The notes beneath the pieces are model-generated. The model was not told where the DNA came from, did no database searches, and worked only from the letters and a program-made list of their open reading frames with translations. Positions 35,851-48,280 of a DNA stretch of 64,000 nt are shown here, piece after piece; the stretch's first letter is position 1, and the number at the start of each line of letters is the position of its first letter. The position numbers and the translations under genes were made by a program. This DNA is from Octopus bimaculoides (taxonomy: Eukaryota), in contig NC_068992.1 in assembly GCF_001194135.2 (NCBI RefSeq), forward strand, positions 45,043,146-45,107,145. Direction: 5' to 3'.

Positions 35851-36489
35851 TTTTAAATCTGCACAGCAAACAAATAAAACATCCATCTGTATACTACTGA
35901 TCCTGCTGTTTGCAGTCCACGAATGTAACATTTTTCTCAACAAATTGTCTAAACTTTAATTACCTTGGCTAGTTAAAGACTAACTAACTTGATCGTGAAC
36001 ACAGCTTAGCTGGGTTCGTGATCAAGTTGTAAACCATTGACGCTTTGGTTATTGGTCTGAATGCTCTGCCCAAAGATTGTTCTTACAGCGAATCTGCAAA
36101 TCTCCATTTTCAAAATATAAAGATGGTTAAATTCCACGATATTAGAAACACGGAAAAAGAGAAAAGATAAACATCAGTGCAGAATTAAGTTTGTCTCACC
36201 TTTCATCTGGAGCTATCGTAGACTAAAGAGGTCGGTGGGAAGAATAACGATGATGGCAACTCCGAAGATAATTGTAGCTAAAGCAAGAATAATGGTCGAA
36301 CTTGATTCTAGCTATTAGCGTAGAAACGAGAGCTGCGCGCTAAGCTAATAACAAATTATACCCTTATTCTTCTGATGTCTTGTAAATAAAGTTATTAGCG
36401 GACCAGATCTTGCTGTTCCATCCAGCTTGATTCCAAAATCAATACCATCCTTTCAACAAGAATCATTTCATTTACAATGGAATGAAGCT

Positions 36490-36900
36490 AAACGTTGGAA
36501 ATCTTAGTCATGCTGCTGCCATTATTGTTTTCGTTGTTTATGCTGTTGTTGTTTATGTTGTTATTGCACTTCTTGTTGTAGCTGTTGCTACCGTTGTTGT
36601 TGCTGTTGTTGTTACTGGGGATTTTGTGGATGATGGAGTTATTAATGTCGCTAATGTTGCCGTTGTCATTGAGAACAATGTAGTGGTTGTTGTTCTTGTA
36701 AATATTTATATATTGCATATATAGAGACTATTGTTGTTATTGTTGTAAATAGAATTGTGTATGTTAAGGTAGTAAGTAATGATACTGGTGTTTTTATGTT
36801 TTTGTTTATATTTTTGGTTTTATTAATGTTTTAGTTGTTGTTGTTAGTGTTAGTGTTGTTGTAGTTTTTTCTGCTGTTGTTGCTACTACTGGGATTCATG
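36490..36900. repeat. Degenerate (GTT)n low-complexity tract
   Basis: Repeated gtt/gct triplets; explains the V-rich and N-rich ORFs at 36482-36724. Confidence 0.85.
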
Positions 36901-37731
36901 ATGTTGTTTTGTACTCTCACTTCGACTCTGGTCGAATATACTTATGGTACAGTTGAACAACTAGAGATAGATGCAAAGCACACAAACACACGCACACAAA
37001 TACACACAAGCAAGTACACAGAGATTGCACAATTGGACAACTAGAGACAGGTCTATTACACACACACACACACAAACCAATTACGTAGTCAGACAACTAG
37101 AGACAGGTCTAATATATAATTAGTACAGCGGGTCTGATTGCAATCTCCAAAACCGTGTACCTATGACACACTCTGTTTCTCGCTATGAGAACTTCAATGT
37201 CCACTACACAACATGCTGTGGAATGCAGAGTGACAGTCAGACCGTATTACATCTCCTCTACTGTTCCTTTACTTTGTATATTATCATTGTTGTTTCTGAC
37301 CTTATAGCATGCCATGTTTAACCAGTAGTGTTCTTAATGGTATCCATTCGTAATTTTCTCTAAGTTATAAAAATCTCGAGTATGGATTGAATTCTGCCTC
37401 TTCGAGAATTACATAAACATATAAGTTTTGTGTTGGCTCTATAAAGATTTTTTATTCATTTTCTCTCTTTTATCATTGCAACGTGAATATTATATGGAAT
37501 TATAATAGGTTTCTATGTTGCATTATAGTATGTTTAAGAAGATGTATACACTTTATTATGTTTGTCTGTGTGCATGTGTTTGATGGGAAGTAAGATTTTA
37601 TGAAAGTGACTTTTGTGCGGAAGTGGCGTAACTCACTTACATAGACATAAATGCCCTGATTGCATAGCGTAATAATTTTGTAAACTACTCGATCAAACAT
37701 ACAGCATACATACATACTTACATATCCATAT

Positions 37732-37823
<92 letters not shown>

Positions 37824-37865
37824 ACACACACAGGTGCACAAGCACACATTTATTCATTAATATAT

Positions 37866-38010
37866 ACAGGCAAGTGGGGCTGTGATAAGTTTGCTTCCCG
37901 ACCACATAGTTCCGAGTTCAGTCCGACCAGCGTGTCTTCTACTATAACCCCGGGCCAACCAAAACCTTGTGGGGGGATTTGACAGACGGAACCTGATAGA
38001 CGCCATCGTG
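37866..38010 (+). mobile_element. Diverged family B SINE 5' half
   Basis: accacatagttccgagttcagtcc...gtgtcttctactataaccccgggccaaccaaaaccttgt. Confidence 0.8.
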
Positions 38011-38423
38011 TATACATACATACATACATACATACATACATACATACATACATACATACAAATACGTAGGCAGACAAACATAGCATCGTATAAACACTCG
38101 GCGTGATCAGTCGCATATTTAGCGTGGGAGAATTTGCGATAAATTTAATCTCCAACATCAATACCACAATTAATAGCCTTATTAAATAACTGGTTATTCT
38201 TTTGGTCACATTCACTAAAGGAAGCTTTTATTCATGATCGTGATAACGTTTGTTTCAAACTTGAATGCATCAACCAGACATTTGTGAAAAACAACATGGC
38301 TAGCCACCACGTTAACAATATGGTAAAAAAAAAAAAAGGAGAGAAGAAAGCCAGCGTCGAAACCAATAAACAAACTGTATTAGTTGCTATTGATGAAATT
38401 GAAACCATAAAGTACATTTCTCT

Positions 38424-38600
38424 TGGAGTAAAAAAAAAAACAATTACGACTTACTTAATTGCTATAAAATCGCAAAAGAAGATACCTCAGTTGCCTATGT
38501 GAATAGATTGAAAATGTACTGGGACGACTTCGCCTTGAGCTAAATAATTTCGCGGCAAAACAATTACGCCAACAAACTACATAAGAGAGGAATCGATGAA
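38424..38600 (+). mobile_element. Degenerate N-terminal region of a probable R4/Dong-like LINE ORF
   Basis: Frame WSKKKNNYDLLNCYKIAKEDTSVAYVNRLKMYWDD, then after a shift NNFAAKQLRQQ; resembles the W-x-x-E-E-N...C-Y...Y-x-x-R-x-x-x-x-W start of RLE-type ORFs (recalled, not searched). Confidence 0.5.
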
Positions 38601-39271
38601 AGTAATTTTATTCTAAAAGCTGATGACTGTAATTGTATTCCCCAAAGTGTAAACACTACGCAAATAACACTACGTAAATAGTCTCTTACAAAAGATACAC
38701 TTATAACCATTATGACGAGCCACGACCATTCAGACTCCTACTGATAAACCATGTGGTAAAGCTGACCGTCCGCACCAAATGTGAATATGACAACAGTGAC
38801 AATAATAAAGTGCACTAGGAGCTGGAAGAGCCAAGAACTTAAATAATGATAACGTATTCTTTGTGAAATATATCATTTAAAAAATTAGTATTGCAAGACA
38901 AACCACAGAAACTCATATTACATCAGACACCGTAGAGAGAGATATAGATTTGAAGCTGAAGTTGACAATGATTAATGAAATTGGGATGAATATTTAAAAC
39001 AACGGCTGTTAATTTACCAAATTAACATGTCCTCTCAACAACTTCTGTCACTACGAAACTTTCTTACAACACACTATTATCTGAACTTCTACTGAGAAGC
39101 AGAAAGTCTTTCATCTGATTTTGTCTGTCAGGTGTGTTTCTTTTATCATCAATCGAGGAATATTTTCTATGAAAATCTATCCAACTGTGAGGATATCTCT
39201 TACATCACGTATTCAGACTTGGTTAAATCCACTCCGACGTTTGGTGGTTAGTAGATATTGTTGAAAGTATA

Positions 39272-39538
39272 AATAAATAAATAAATAAATGCGCCCATTT
39301 TAATGCCTAGCCAGGCTCATGGGCCCGGTTTCCCGGTTTCAATGGCGTATGTGTTCCCCACCTGGATGGGACGCCAGTCCATCGCAGCGTTACTCATTCT
39401 TGCCAGCTGAGAGGACTGGAGCAACGTGAAATGAAGAGTTTTGCTCAAGAACACAACGCGTCGCCCGGTCCAGGAATCGAAACCACAATCTTACGATCAT
39501 GGTGCTAACACCCTAACCACTAGGCCACGCGCCTCCAC
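39272..39538 (-). mobile_element. Family C-related SINE with (ATTT)n tail and a perfect 15-bp target-site duplication
   Basis: attgttgaaagtata at 39257-39271 and 39539-39553; intact A and B boxes on the minus strand; 3' half differs from the 4189 and 30510 copies. Confidence 0.93.
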
Positions 39539-40550
39539 ATTGTTGAAAGTATACGAGATGTTTAAGGATTCTTTGAATCGATTTGAACCTAAGCGTCCTT
39601 ATTTTGTATGTTTTTAGTTTGAGGTGGTCAAATGCATTGTTGATGTAGAAATTCCATATGCCGGTCGATAGATTTCGGGATTTAATAGCAGAGACATGGG
39701 TCTCATCAAGTATACAAATGATGAGCAGAGCAACTGTTGTTACGAATTCAGGTGGGGATGGCAAACAAATCGTGAGCCAGTAATTTATTGTATGATGTTA
39801 GTTATAGAGTCCATTTGATTTTCTTGGAATGAACATATGTATACAATCACGTGTGTACGTATGGTGTATACACATACGTACATACATAAAAAGTAGTCTC
39901 ACTCGCACACCTACATGTACAAAAGAGGCATGTTATCCAGTTCACCTTTCCGCAAGCCCCCAGAAGCTCACTCGTCTTACACGAAAGACCCTTGTTACTT
40001 TGCTGGTTTTTTTGTTGTTTTTTTTTTGCTTCATTTATTTTATATACTCTTAAGACCACAGTGAATGATAAACATGATTTTTGGATTCTGTTTACGATTT
40101 TACCATCAACATTCACATCGTTGTTTAACAAGCTACCAAGAAATTTGAAGGAAGATATGGTTTTTAGTGTGGCTCCATAAATCCGTATACTAGGGTCCTT
40201 GTGAGATTTCCAGAGCAGGGAAAATAAAGTGTAACAATTTGACTAAGCTTTGTGTAACACGTCAATGAAATTTAATCCATAAAAATCCGAGTATCTTATT
40301 CATAGTGTATGACAGTATCACAGTCTTTTTTTTTTTCTTCTTCTCCTTCAAAGACATAAAAGTCCTTGAGTTAAAATTAAGACGTTTCAGGTTGAAGATT
40401 GTAGCAGTTATTGTGAGAAATACTGTCAGAGTAGACTTTGAAACGACTGAAAAGAAAATGTCCTTATATAAATACACACATACACTGACATATATATTTT
40501 TATGAGAATTTAATTGTATACATACACAAATGCGTACAAAGTACACACAC

Positions 40551-40600
<50 letters not shown>

Positions 40601-41760
40601 GCGCGCGCGCATACATATGCATGCATATTGTCAAAAATCCAATGAAAGAGTTTTGTTTCTGGCTTAGAATCAAGCTGTTGGTGAAAACTTGGAAAAATAA
40701 AACAGAAAATATATAAATTTGTATATATCCAGTTGTGTTGTTAACTTAAAATAAATGTTATGTTGACGAAGAAAAACAAAACTTTATGAACTTGAAGATG
40801 TTTCTTAAGCTTTTATCGATTTTATTCACTTCTTTTCTTTTGTCATTTTAGATTATTTTCTTCAATTTAATTTAGAAAAATATTCTTCGCAGTTAACACC
40901 TCATGCATTTCCTGTCCTACCTTTTAATCTATTCACTCTTTTTTTTTACTTCCGCCGGCCATTAGAATGTCCAAATCTCTTGTCTTTTCTTCACTTCACC
41001 GCCCCTCTATGGCTACCAGACTTCTTATCAGCAACAGTAACAATCTTGCATTTTACTAAAATATGTCATTGAATTATTTCCCAAAACATGTTTTCGTGTT
41101 TGGTTTCTTTTTCTTTGTTAAGTATTATGAATGTTAGCAACTCGGCGTTAAAGAAATCTGAAATCTAGTGAAATAATAGCACCACTTCTCAATGTTTTCT
41201 CTGTGTTCATTATTCTTGTGAATTAATGAATTTTTTTTTTTTTTGGCATAACACAATATAAACATCGGAATTTAAACTATGGTGACGTGAGCAGGCAGTG
41301 AGAGGTTGAAGTGCGCATGCCTTCCTTGAGGCTATACATCCATTTTCTAAGTTAACAGACAAAATAATTAAACATATGGTCCATTTGAATCGTTATGAAA
41401 TAAATATTTCAACAATGTTAGAATGTATTTATACAAAATTTGGTTTCCTTACAGCTAAGGGTTAACCAGACATTTAACACGCTTTATAGTTAGAAGTAGG
41501 AACGGTAGAGCTGCTGTAGAATTCTGTTTGTATGTATTATTTAGAATCGCACTTCATTCTTATTTACATATTGACAGTCTGTAAAGAATATATATCTACA
41601 TGGTAAGACATTTTAAAACTGGTGAGATAAAAAAAAGTTGGTGCGAGGAGAGATATGGTGTTTGATCAGAATCTGTCTATCTGTCTCTCTCACTTTCTCT
41701 CTTTCTCTCTCCCTCTCTAAGAAATATGTTATTCTTTTGACTGATTAATTTGTTTCTATT

Positions 41761-41762
41761 GC

Positions 41763-41810
<48 letters not shown>

Positions 41811-41814
41811 GGTG

Positions 41815-41860
<46 letters not shown>

Positions 41861-41964
41861 CAGTAGTAGCAACAGCAATAATAGTAAGAAGAATGATGAT
41901 GATGATGACAAGGATGGTGATGATGACAACGATAAGGAGGAGAAGAAGAAGAAGAAGAAGAAGA
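41761..41964. repeat. Compound triplet microsatellite (GTA)n(GTG)n(GTA)n(GCA)(GAT)n(GAA)n
   Basis: Read directly from the sequence. Confidence 0.95.
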
Positions 41965-43188
41965 CACCGACATTAAATGTTTGTATTGTCTGTTATGGCA
42001 AATGTGCAATTTTATGTACGTGTGCGCATTTATATATGCGTGCGTGTGTTTTTATTTTATTGTGCGTGTGTGTGTTGTATTTTACGAAACAACAACATCA
42101 GAAAGCACTTTGGAAAACATGCAAACACATCTCATTATACAATTATACAATTTCTTCTCATAAATTCTTAGTTCAAGACAAATAGATGAAATACCGTCAT
42201 TTTCTTCTTCCATACATCAATCAATAACCATTTCAACTGTTTCTTCTCGTGGTTTCACTTCCTTCGATATTTTTTCAGTTTTAGAATTCCACTACAAAAA
42301 ACATATTTTTCTTTCCTAAAATATACTGTTGCTGTTGTTGTTGACCTTGTTGTTGTTGTTCGCCCTAAGTCTATGCTAATTTATTAATACTATGATCAAA
42401 GACAATCAAGCCGTAATCATCCATCCCAACTTCTTTATTTTTCTGATGAAACGTTTATTAGACTACATTACTTCTACTTCCCCTCCATTTTAAAAGACAT
42501 TGCTCTGTCATTTAGTTGTTATTGCTACGAAGACGAACATCTGTGTAGGAGCTCCTCGCCAACAGGAGATTATATGCGTATGTAAGCGTGTAATATAATA
42601 AAACGTTAAAAACTATTAGGATATTCATAAGCATAGTGCAGGGCTGAAGAATGATTGGGGACAGAATCGCCTTCGAGAATAGAATCACACATCTTCGAAA
42701 TACTGCTCATGTGTGATAACCTTTGCGTCTAAGTAACCCACGACTATTGTATACGGAATACTATGCTGATGAGAAACAGTAAGTAAAATTATTCGAAAGC
42801 GGTACATAGTTAACCAACCCCTACAACAAAGTGTGTTATTCTCGGAGATTCTAAGGTAACAAAAAGGACTTAGCGTTTATTTCTTACGGTGCGTGGTGTG
42901 GCATAAAGGCGACCCCTTGTTATAATCATGTATATAATTATAAAATATTTTGTATATATATATANNNNNNNNNNNNNNNNNNNNNNNNNNNNNNNNNNNN
43001 NNNNNNNNNNNNNNNNNNNNNNNNNNNNNNNNNNNNNNNNNNNNNNNNNNNNNNNNNNNNNNNNNNNNNNNNNNNNNNNNNNNNNNNNNNNNNNNNNNNN
43101 NNNNNNNNNNNNNNNNNNNNNNNNNNNNNNNNNNNNNNNNNNNNNNNNNNNNNNNNNNNNNNNNNNNNNNNNNNNNNNNNNNNNNNNN

Positions 43189-43223
<35 letters not shown>

Positions 43224-43227
<4 letters not shown>

Positions 43228-43362
43228 CGACGGGCTTCTTTCAGTTTCCGTCTACCAAATCCACTCACAAGGCTTTGGTCGGCCCGAAGCGATAGTAAAA
43301 GACACTTGCCCAAGATGCCGCGCAGAAGGACTGAACCCGGAGCCATGTGGTTGGTAAGGAAA
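43224..43362 (-). mobile_element. Family B SINE 5' half, consensus-like
   Basis: acgacgggcttctttcagtttccgtctaccaaatccactcacaaggctttggtcggcccg. Confidence 0.9.
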
Positions 43363-43835
43363 TAAACATACTTACAAATCTATAAATTCTGTTGTTGATG
43401 AGTCGGAAGTTGTTAATTAACCCATTGACTTTTTAAACTCACTGGAGCCACAAAGATAAATTGTCCGAAACATTATTCCTTCCATACCTTTACAGCGCAC
43501 TATTTGTCTTTGTGCTATTGTTGTCTCATTTTGTTCTTTATTTTCTCTTTGCTTTTTTTTATATAATTTGCGTTATTCATTCTCACGGTTTTGCAAATCC
43601 CTCTCCTATCCCCCTGAGAATGTGCACACTTTTTGTCCTAACATATAATCATTATTTCGACAACTTGACAGAAATATGAGAAACTCAAACTAAATGTAAT
43701 AGCCAAGTACAAATGCACTGAATGTGATCCACACAGTACCGGAAATTAATCAAAGTTTTTGCTGTATCTAGCGAAGGGTGAACACAGATGGATACTGGTT
43801 AGCTCAACTCAGCAAAACTAACAGGACAATCAAAA

Positions 43836-43860
43836 TGCTGTTGTTGTTGTTGTTGTTGTT

Positions 43861-43946
<86 letters not shown>

Positions 43947-43976
43947 AGCAGCAGTAGCAGCAACAACAGCGGCAGC
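43836..43976. repeat. Compound triplet microsatellite (GTT)n(GTA)n(GCA)n
   Basis: Read directly from the sequence. Confidence 0.95.
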
Positions 43977-44021
43977 TTTAACTATTTGTTAAGACACTAG
44001 AAAACGAAGTACATTCGCAAT

Positions 44022-44397
44022 CCGGTGGAGTAGCTGTGTGGTAAATAGCTTGCTTACCAACCACATGGCTCCGGGTTCAGTCCCACTGCGTGGTATCTTG
44101 GACAAGTGTCTTCTACTATAACCTCGGGCCGACCAAAGCCTTGCGAGTAGATTTGCTAGACGGAAACTGAAAGAAGCCCGTCGTATGTGTGTGTGTGTGT
44201 GTTTCTGTGTCTGTGTTTGTCCCCCACCACCACCACCACCATTGCTGACAACCGTTGTTGGTGTGTTAGCGGTCAGGCAAAAGAGACTGAAAGAGTAAGT
44301 AATAGACTTACAAAGAAAATGTCCTGGGGCCGATTTGTTAGACTAAAGACGGTTCTCCGGCAAGGCTGCAGTCAAATGACTGAAAGTAATAAAAGAA
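44022..44397 (+). mobile_element. Family B SINE, full length
   Basis: Head gtagctgtgtggtaaatagcttgc...gggttcagtcccactgcg, core and tail. Confidence 0.92.
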
Positions 44398-47300
44398 AAT
44401 CCCACGTTTTGCTTCGTTTCAAAACTGTAAACATGTATTCTTGGTTCCGTGCTAAGTTAACCAACAATACAGCTAATTCAGATAACAACAATACAGTTAA
44501 TTTAAACACCAACAATACAGGTAATTTAAATGGCGAACAACTGACAAATTATTTAGTCAAGTACAGATATACTCCTGCGGGGAACGTGATGAAGGTTACC
44601 ATTCTGAATATTATGTACTAATGAAGATATTTTACAATCTGATCTAATTGAAGACTCATCAAGCACTCCAGAGAGACATGAACTGTGCATGCATAAAGAT
44701 TCAAACGATCCATTCTAATATAAATATCTGAAAGAGGTGTATTCATGTTGACGTCACGTAATTCTGTGGCCAATATTCCACCATCACTACTACCATCACT
44801 AATAACAAGGACGTGCCTGGGTTTTAAAACAAAGGGAAGTAACCAAATAACACGAACTTTGGAAATAAAATTTGAATGCAAAACAGTAAATATACTTTTC
44901 TGTAATTTAATATGTGTCTCTTTACGGTTGATGTCTTCGGCATACAAGCTCACGGTGCAGCGTCTTATTCGAGATCCTCCTGCTATTCATTTGTGCGAAG
45001 TGTCTCACCTATCAGAAGCGGTGCTTGCATACCATTGTATGAAGATTTTGGCTCCCTTCAAAATTTCTATGTCGAGGAGTCCAAGAGAATCATCTTACAT
45101 TTAAAATGTCTTAAGCATCTATAATAAAACCATTCAAGAACCTTCACATGATGCATATAAAGGATGCACATCTCACAGACATAAAGAAAGGAAATAATCA
45201 TCGCACAAGCATGATACACGGCAACGTTTCTCAACGTCATGGTGCCATGTTCAGACCGTATGCAAGACTCAAGAGCTCCGAAAGAATGAGTTGCTCTCTG
45301 AAGCCTTAGAGACGTTTCCCCAGCTGATGGTGCTGACCATGGAGAAAAACTTGTCTAAAACATTCAGTTCTGGTCCTTCAACTAAGATAGTTTTAATGTC
45401 TTTTGGGGCGAGCTGAAACTGGTTGGTTTGGGTTGTTACTAAACTAAATACAAGTTGCATAAATACAGTACATAAGAATTTTCATATCTTCAGTAATATG
45501 TGCAGCTATGTTGCAGTCATCTACGTAAAGAAGATCATGAATGAGAACACGAAGGGAATGAAAACCCTTTGTAGCATCACAACATAACAAAGTGAAGAAA
45601 TGACCAGAAAATCGGATCACTCAGAAGTAAACTACAAGGGAAAGAGAGTTGGGAGAAGAGATTTTACCTGGTTTAACATCACTGCAAAACCAGGTCAAAC
45701 CATCCAACCCATACCAGCATGGAAAACAGACGTTAAATGATGATAATGATGATGATGATGGTATGTTAATAGATTTTAGCTGTTAACAGATTTTAACTAA
45801 AGTTGTAGACTCATGATGTTAAGAAATTATGTTAGCTAACTTTGTTGGCTAATAATCTTGACATGTAACTCTCCCAACATATCTTACAGCAAAATTAGAA
45901 AACCATACAATACTGATAAATATTCATTAATACATTATGGAGAAAATGAATTAATTTGAATGCAATATGTTTTCAACATGAAATGGTGAATTACCAACCT
46001 AGCTCCTTCTAGTGAATGGTCTAGATCTATTGATTCAATTCTGCAAACTCAGATACAATTCAATGAACACAGCATATAGATGAGGACCAAGGAGGCACTG
46101 TGCAGATGTTGACTAAAATGATAGACACAGTGTGTAGATGTTGATTGGATAGACACAGTGAGAAGATACTGATATATGTACATTAAACATTAATTAAAAC
46201 CAGTCTGCAATAATTAACTAGACATATTAGATAGATTCCATCAATAATTTACAATCATATTAGGCCCCATTAAACAACATAAAAAAGAAACTGATATACG
46301 AGAATAGAAATGATCTTAAAATATGCTAAACTCTTACAAAAGAGTATTTCCATACTGGAATTAAGCATTCATTTCAAAGTGAACAACTTAAACAGAAGTT
46401 TTAAATGTCCATTAAATTCTCTAATCAATTGTCTGTATATTCTAATCGTTTAGACATTGATCAATTATTGATCAATGATTCATCATCAACGAGGTTCTTA
46501 ATTACACATAGCACCATTGAATACTGTTACAATAGCAAATATAATTGTTATATTACAAAGGAAGTAATATAGTATCTAGGGTTAATATCAGAATATATTT
46601 TGGAGTCTTGGCTCAGACACCAGAGGTCAGCCACTACAGACAGAATATTAGCATGAGAGGTTAATGACAACAGATAGATTTTCAAATACCAGTGGTTTAC
46701 TCGCTGTAGTTTTGGACACACTAGGTTTGTGACTACAGATTTAGAGACCAGAATTCAGTGACCACAGATACAAGTTTGGACATCAGAGGTCAGTGACTTA
46801 TACAGTCTTAGGTACCTGAAGTCAGTGGCAGTAGATGCAGCTTTGAAGATATAATTCCCTTGGTAAATATCAGTTTATGGTAGACATATCGAACCAAATG
46901 TCATTGTAGCTTATATACGACCACCACAAGTTCAATCAAGATCAAAAGCTTTTAATTTTTTTCAAATTCTGTTTGTATATCAATTATTATACTGTTTGAT
47001 GTTAACATCTAGTGATTAAACAGTGACCACACTGTTTCTCTAGACCAGCAGTAATTAAATGCAAATCATAAGCTGTCTGTTGACACTCAGTTATTAAACA
47101 CTCTTGACCACCATTAATTACACACTGACCATGAAATGTCTATTGACCCGTGGAAATTAAATACTGGAGAGTTACTACTGCAATAACAGAACAAAGTACT
47201 GTTACTCACTGTACTTTAAACAAAGAATAAGGCATTAAATTACTAAAACACATCAATGAAACGTCAACAAATCTCCTTGAACAGTTGTTTAATATCATTT

Positions 47301-47675
47301 AAATAAGAAGTAAATATCGTTATTACGAAATGTGTAATAAAAGAGTGTTTAAAATCTATAACAAAACACAGGCTCTCAGCTGGGAACTGGTATTAGAGAA
47401 AGAACAATTATAAATACAAATATATAATTAGGCACCTACTTTCATCAATATATACATACGAACATAACCCAAGTATATACCAATATGGTTTCTTATATTG
47501 GAACAGAGAAATAGAGTTAAATCAACTGACATTAATGGCATCATTCGTATTTCTTTTGAATTAATGGCAAAGATTGATCTTGATGAGATTCTCAACTTCA
47601 AATACAGAGGAAAGGAAACAAACGCAGTTTGGTACTTCAGAGCAATTCTGCGCCATTTTAACCATTTCTCTAAAG

Positions 47676-47920
47676 CAATGTTTCTCAACCATTTCTTACC
47701 TATGAATCCCTTTGATTCCTGTTTTACTTAGGTGGGCTCTCACAGCCATTTGATGTTTAAAACATACTATTATTATATTTTTATACTTAAATATCATTAG
47801 GAATTACATTAAAAATTTCTGAAAACATTTTGGTTCACGTACAAGTATCACCACTTTATTGTAGATAAATTTCAACAACAAAATCTCAGGTACTACATGG
47901 ACCCTCGTTGAGAAAGGTTC
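47676..47920 (+). mobile_element. MITE with ca(g/a)tg(g/t)ttctcaac-type ends; related copies at about 51677-52151 and 56790-57032
   Basis: caatgtttctcaacc...gttgagaaagg; right ends gttgagaaccactg (52138-52151) and ggggaaccactg (57021-57032); shared internal blocks tggaccc, catagcc(a/g)ttcgat, aacaacaaaatctca. Confidence 0.7.
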
Positions 47921-48232
47921 TTTACCAGAAGCAATGAAGACTTTACTGAAAATGGTTTTATGAACTGTTGGGATACACTGTAACAAAATCTCATCATGTA
48001 TAATGGTTTTAATGAAAAATAAAACGTATTGATTTTTTTCCAGTTATTAATGAACAGAGTAATGTTTAACAATAACTTTATAATCTGTATGACATTTAAA
48101 CTGGAAAGAATATTAGTAAAAGTCAATTCCAAATTGAATTTTATACTTTCACAATTTTAGTGCGATTTGATAAAAACATACATAATTACACATAAACGTG
48201 TGTATATGCATGTATGAATGTATGCTTACACA

Positions 48233-48280
<48 letters not shown>

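Noticed and set aside
44760-44830. Minus-strand VLVISDGSSDG resembling a vWA or GT2 motif
   Set aside because: It arises from a ccatcacta low-complexity duplication, and the flanks lack other family motifs and splice sites.
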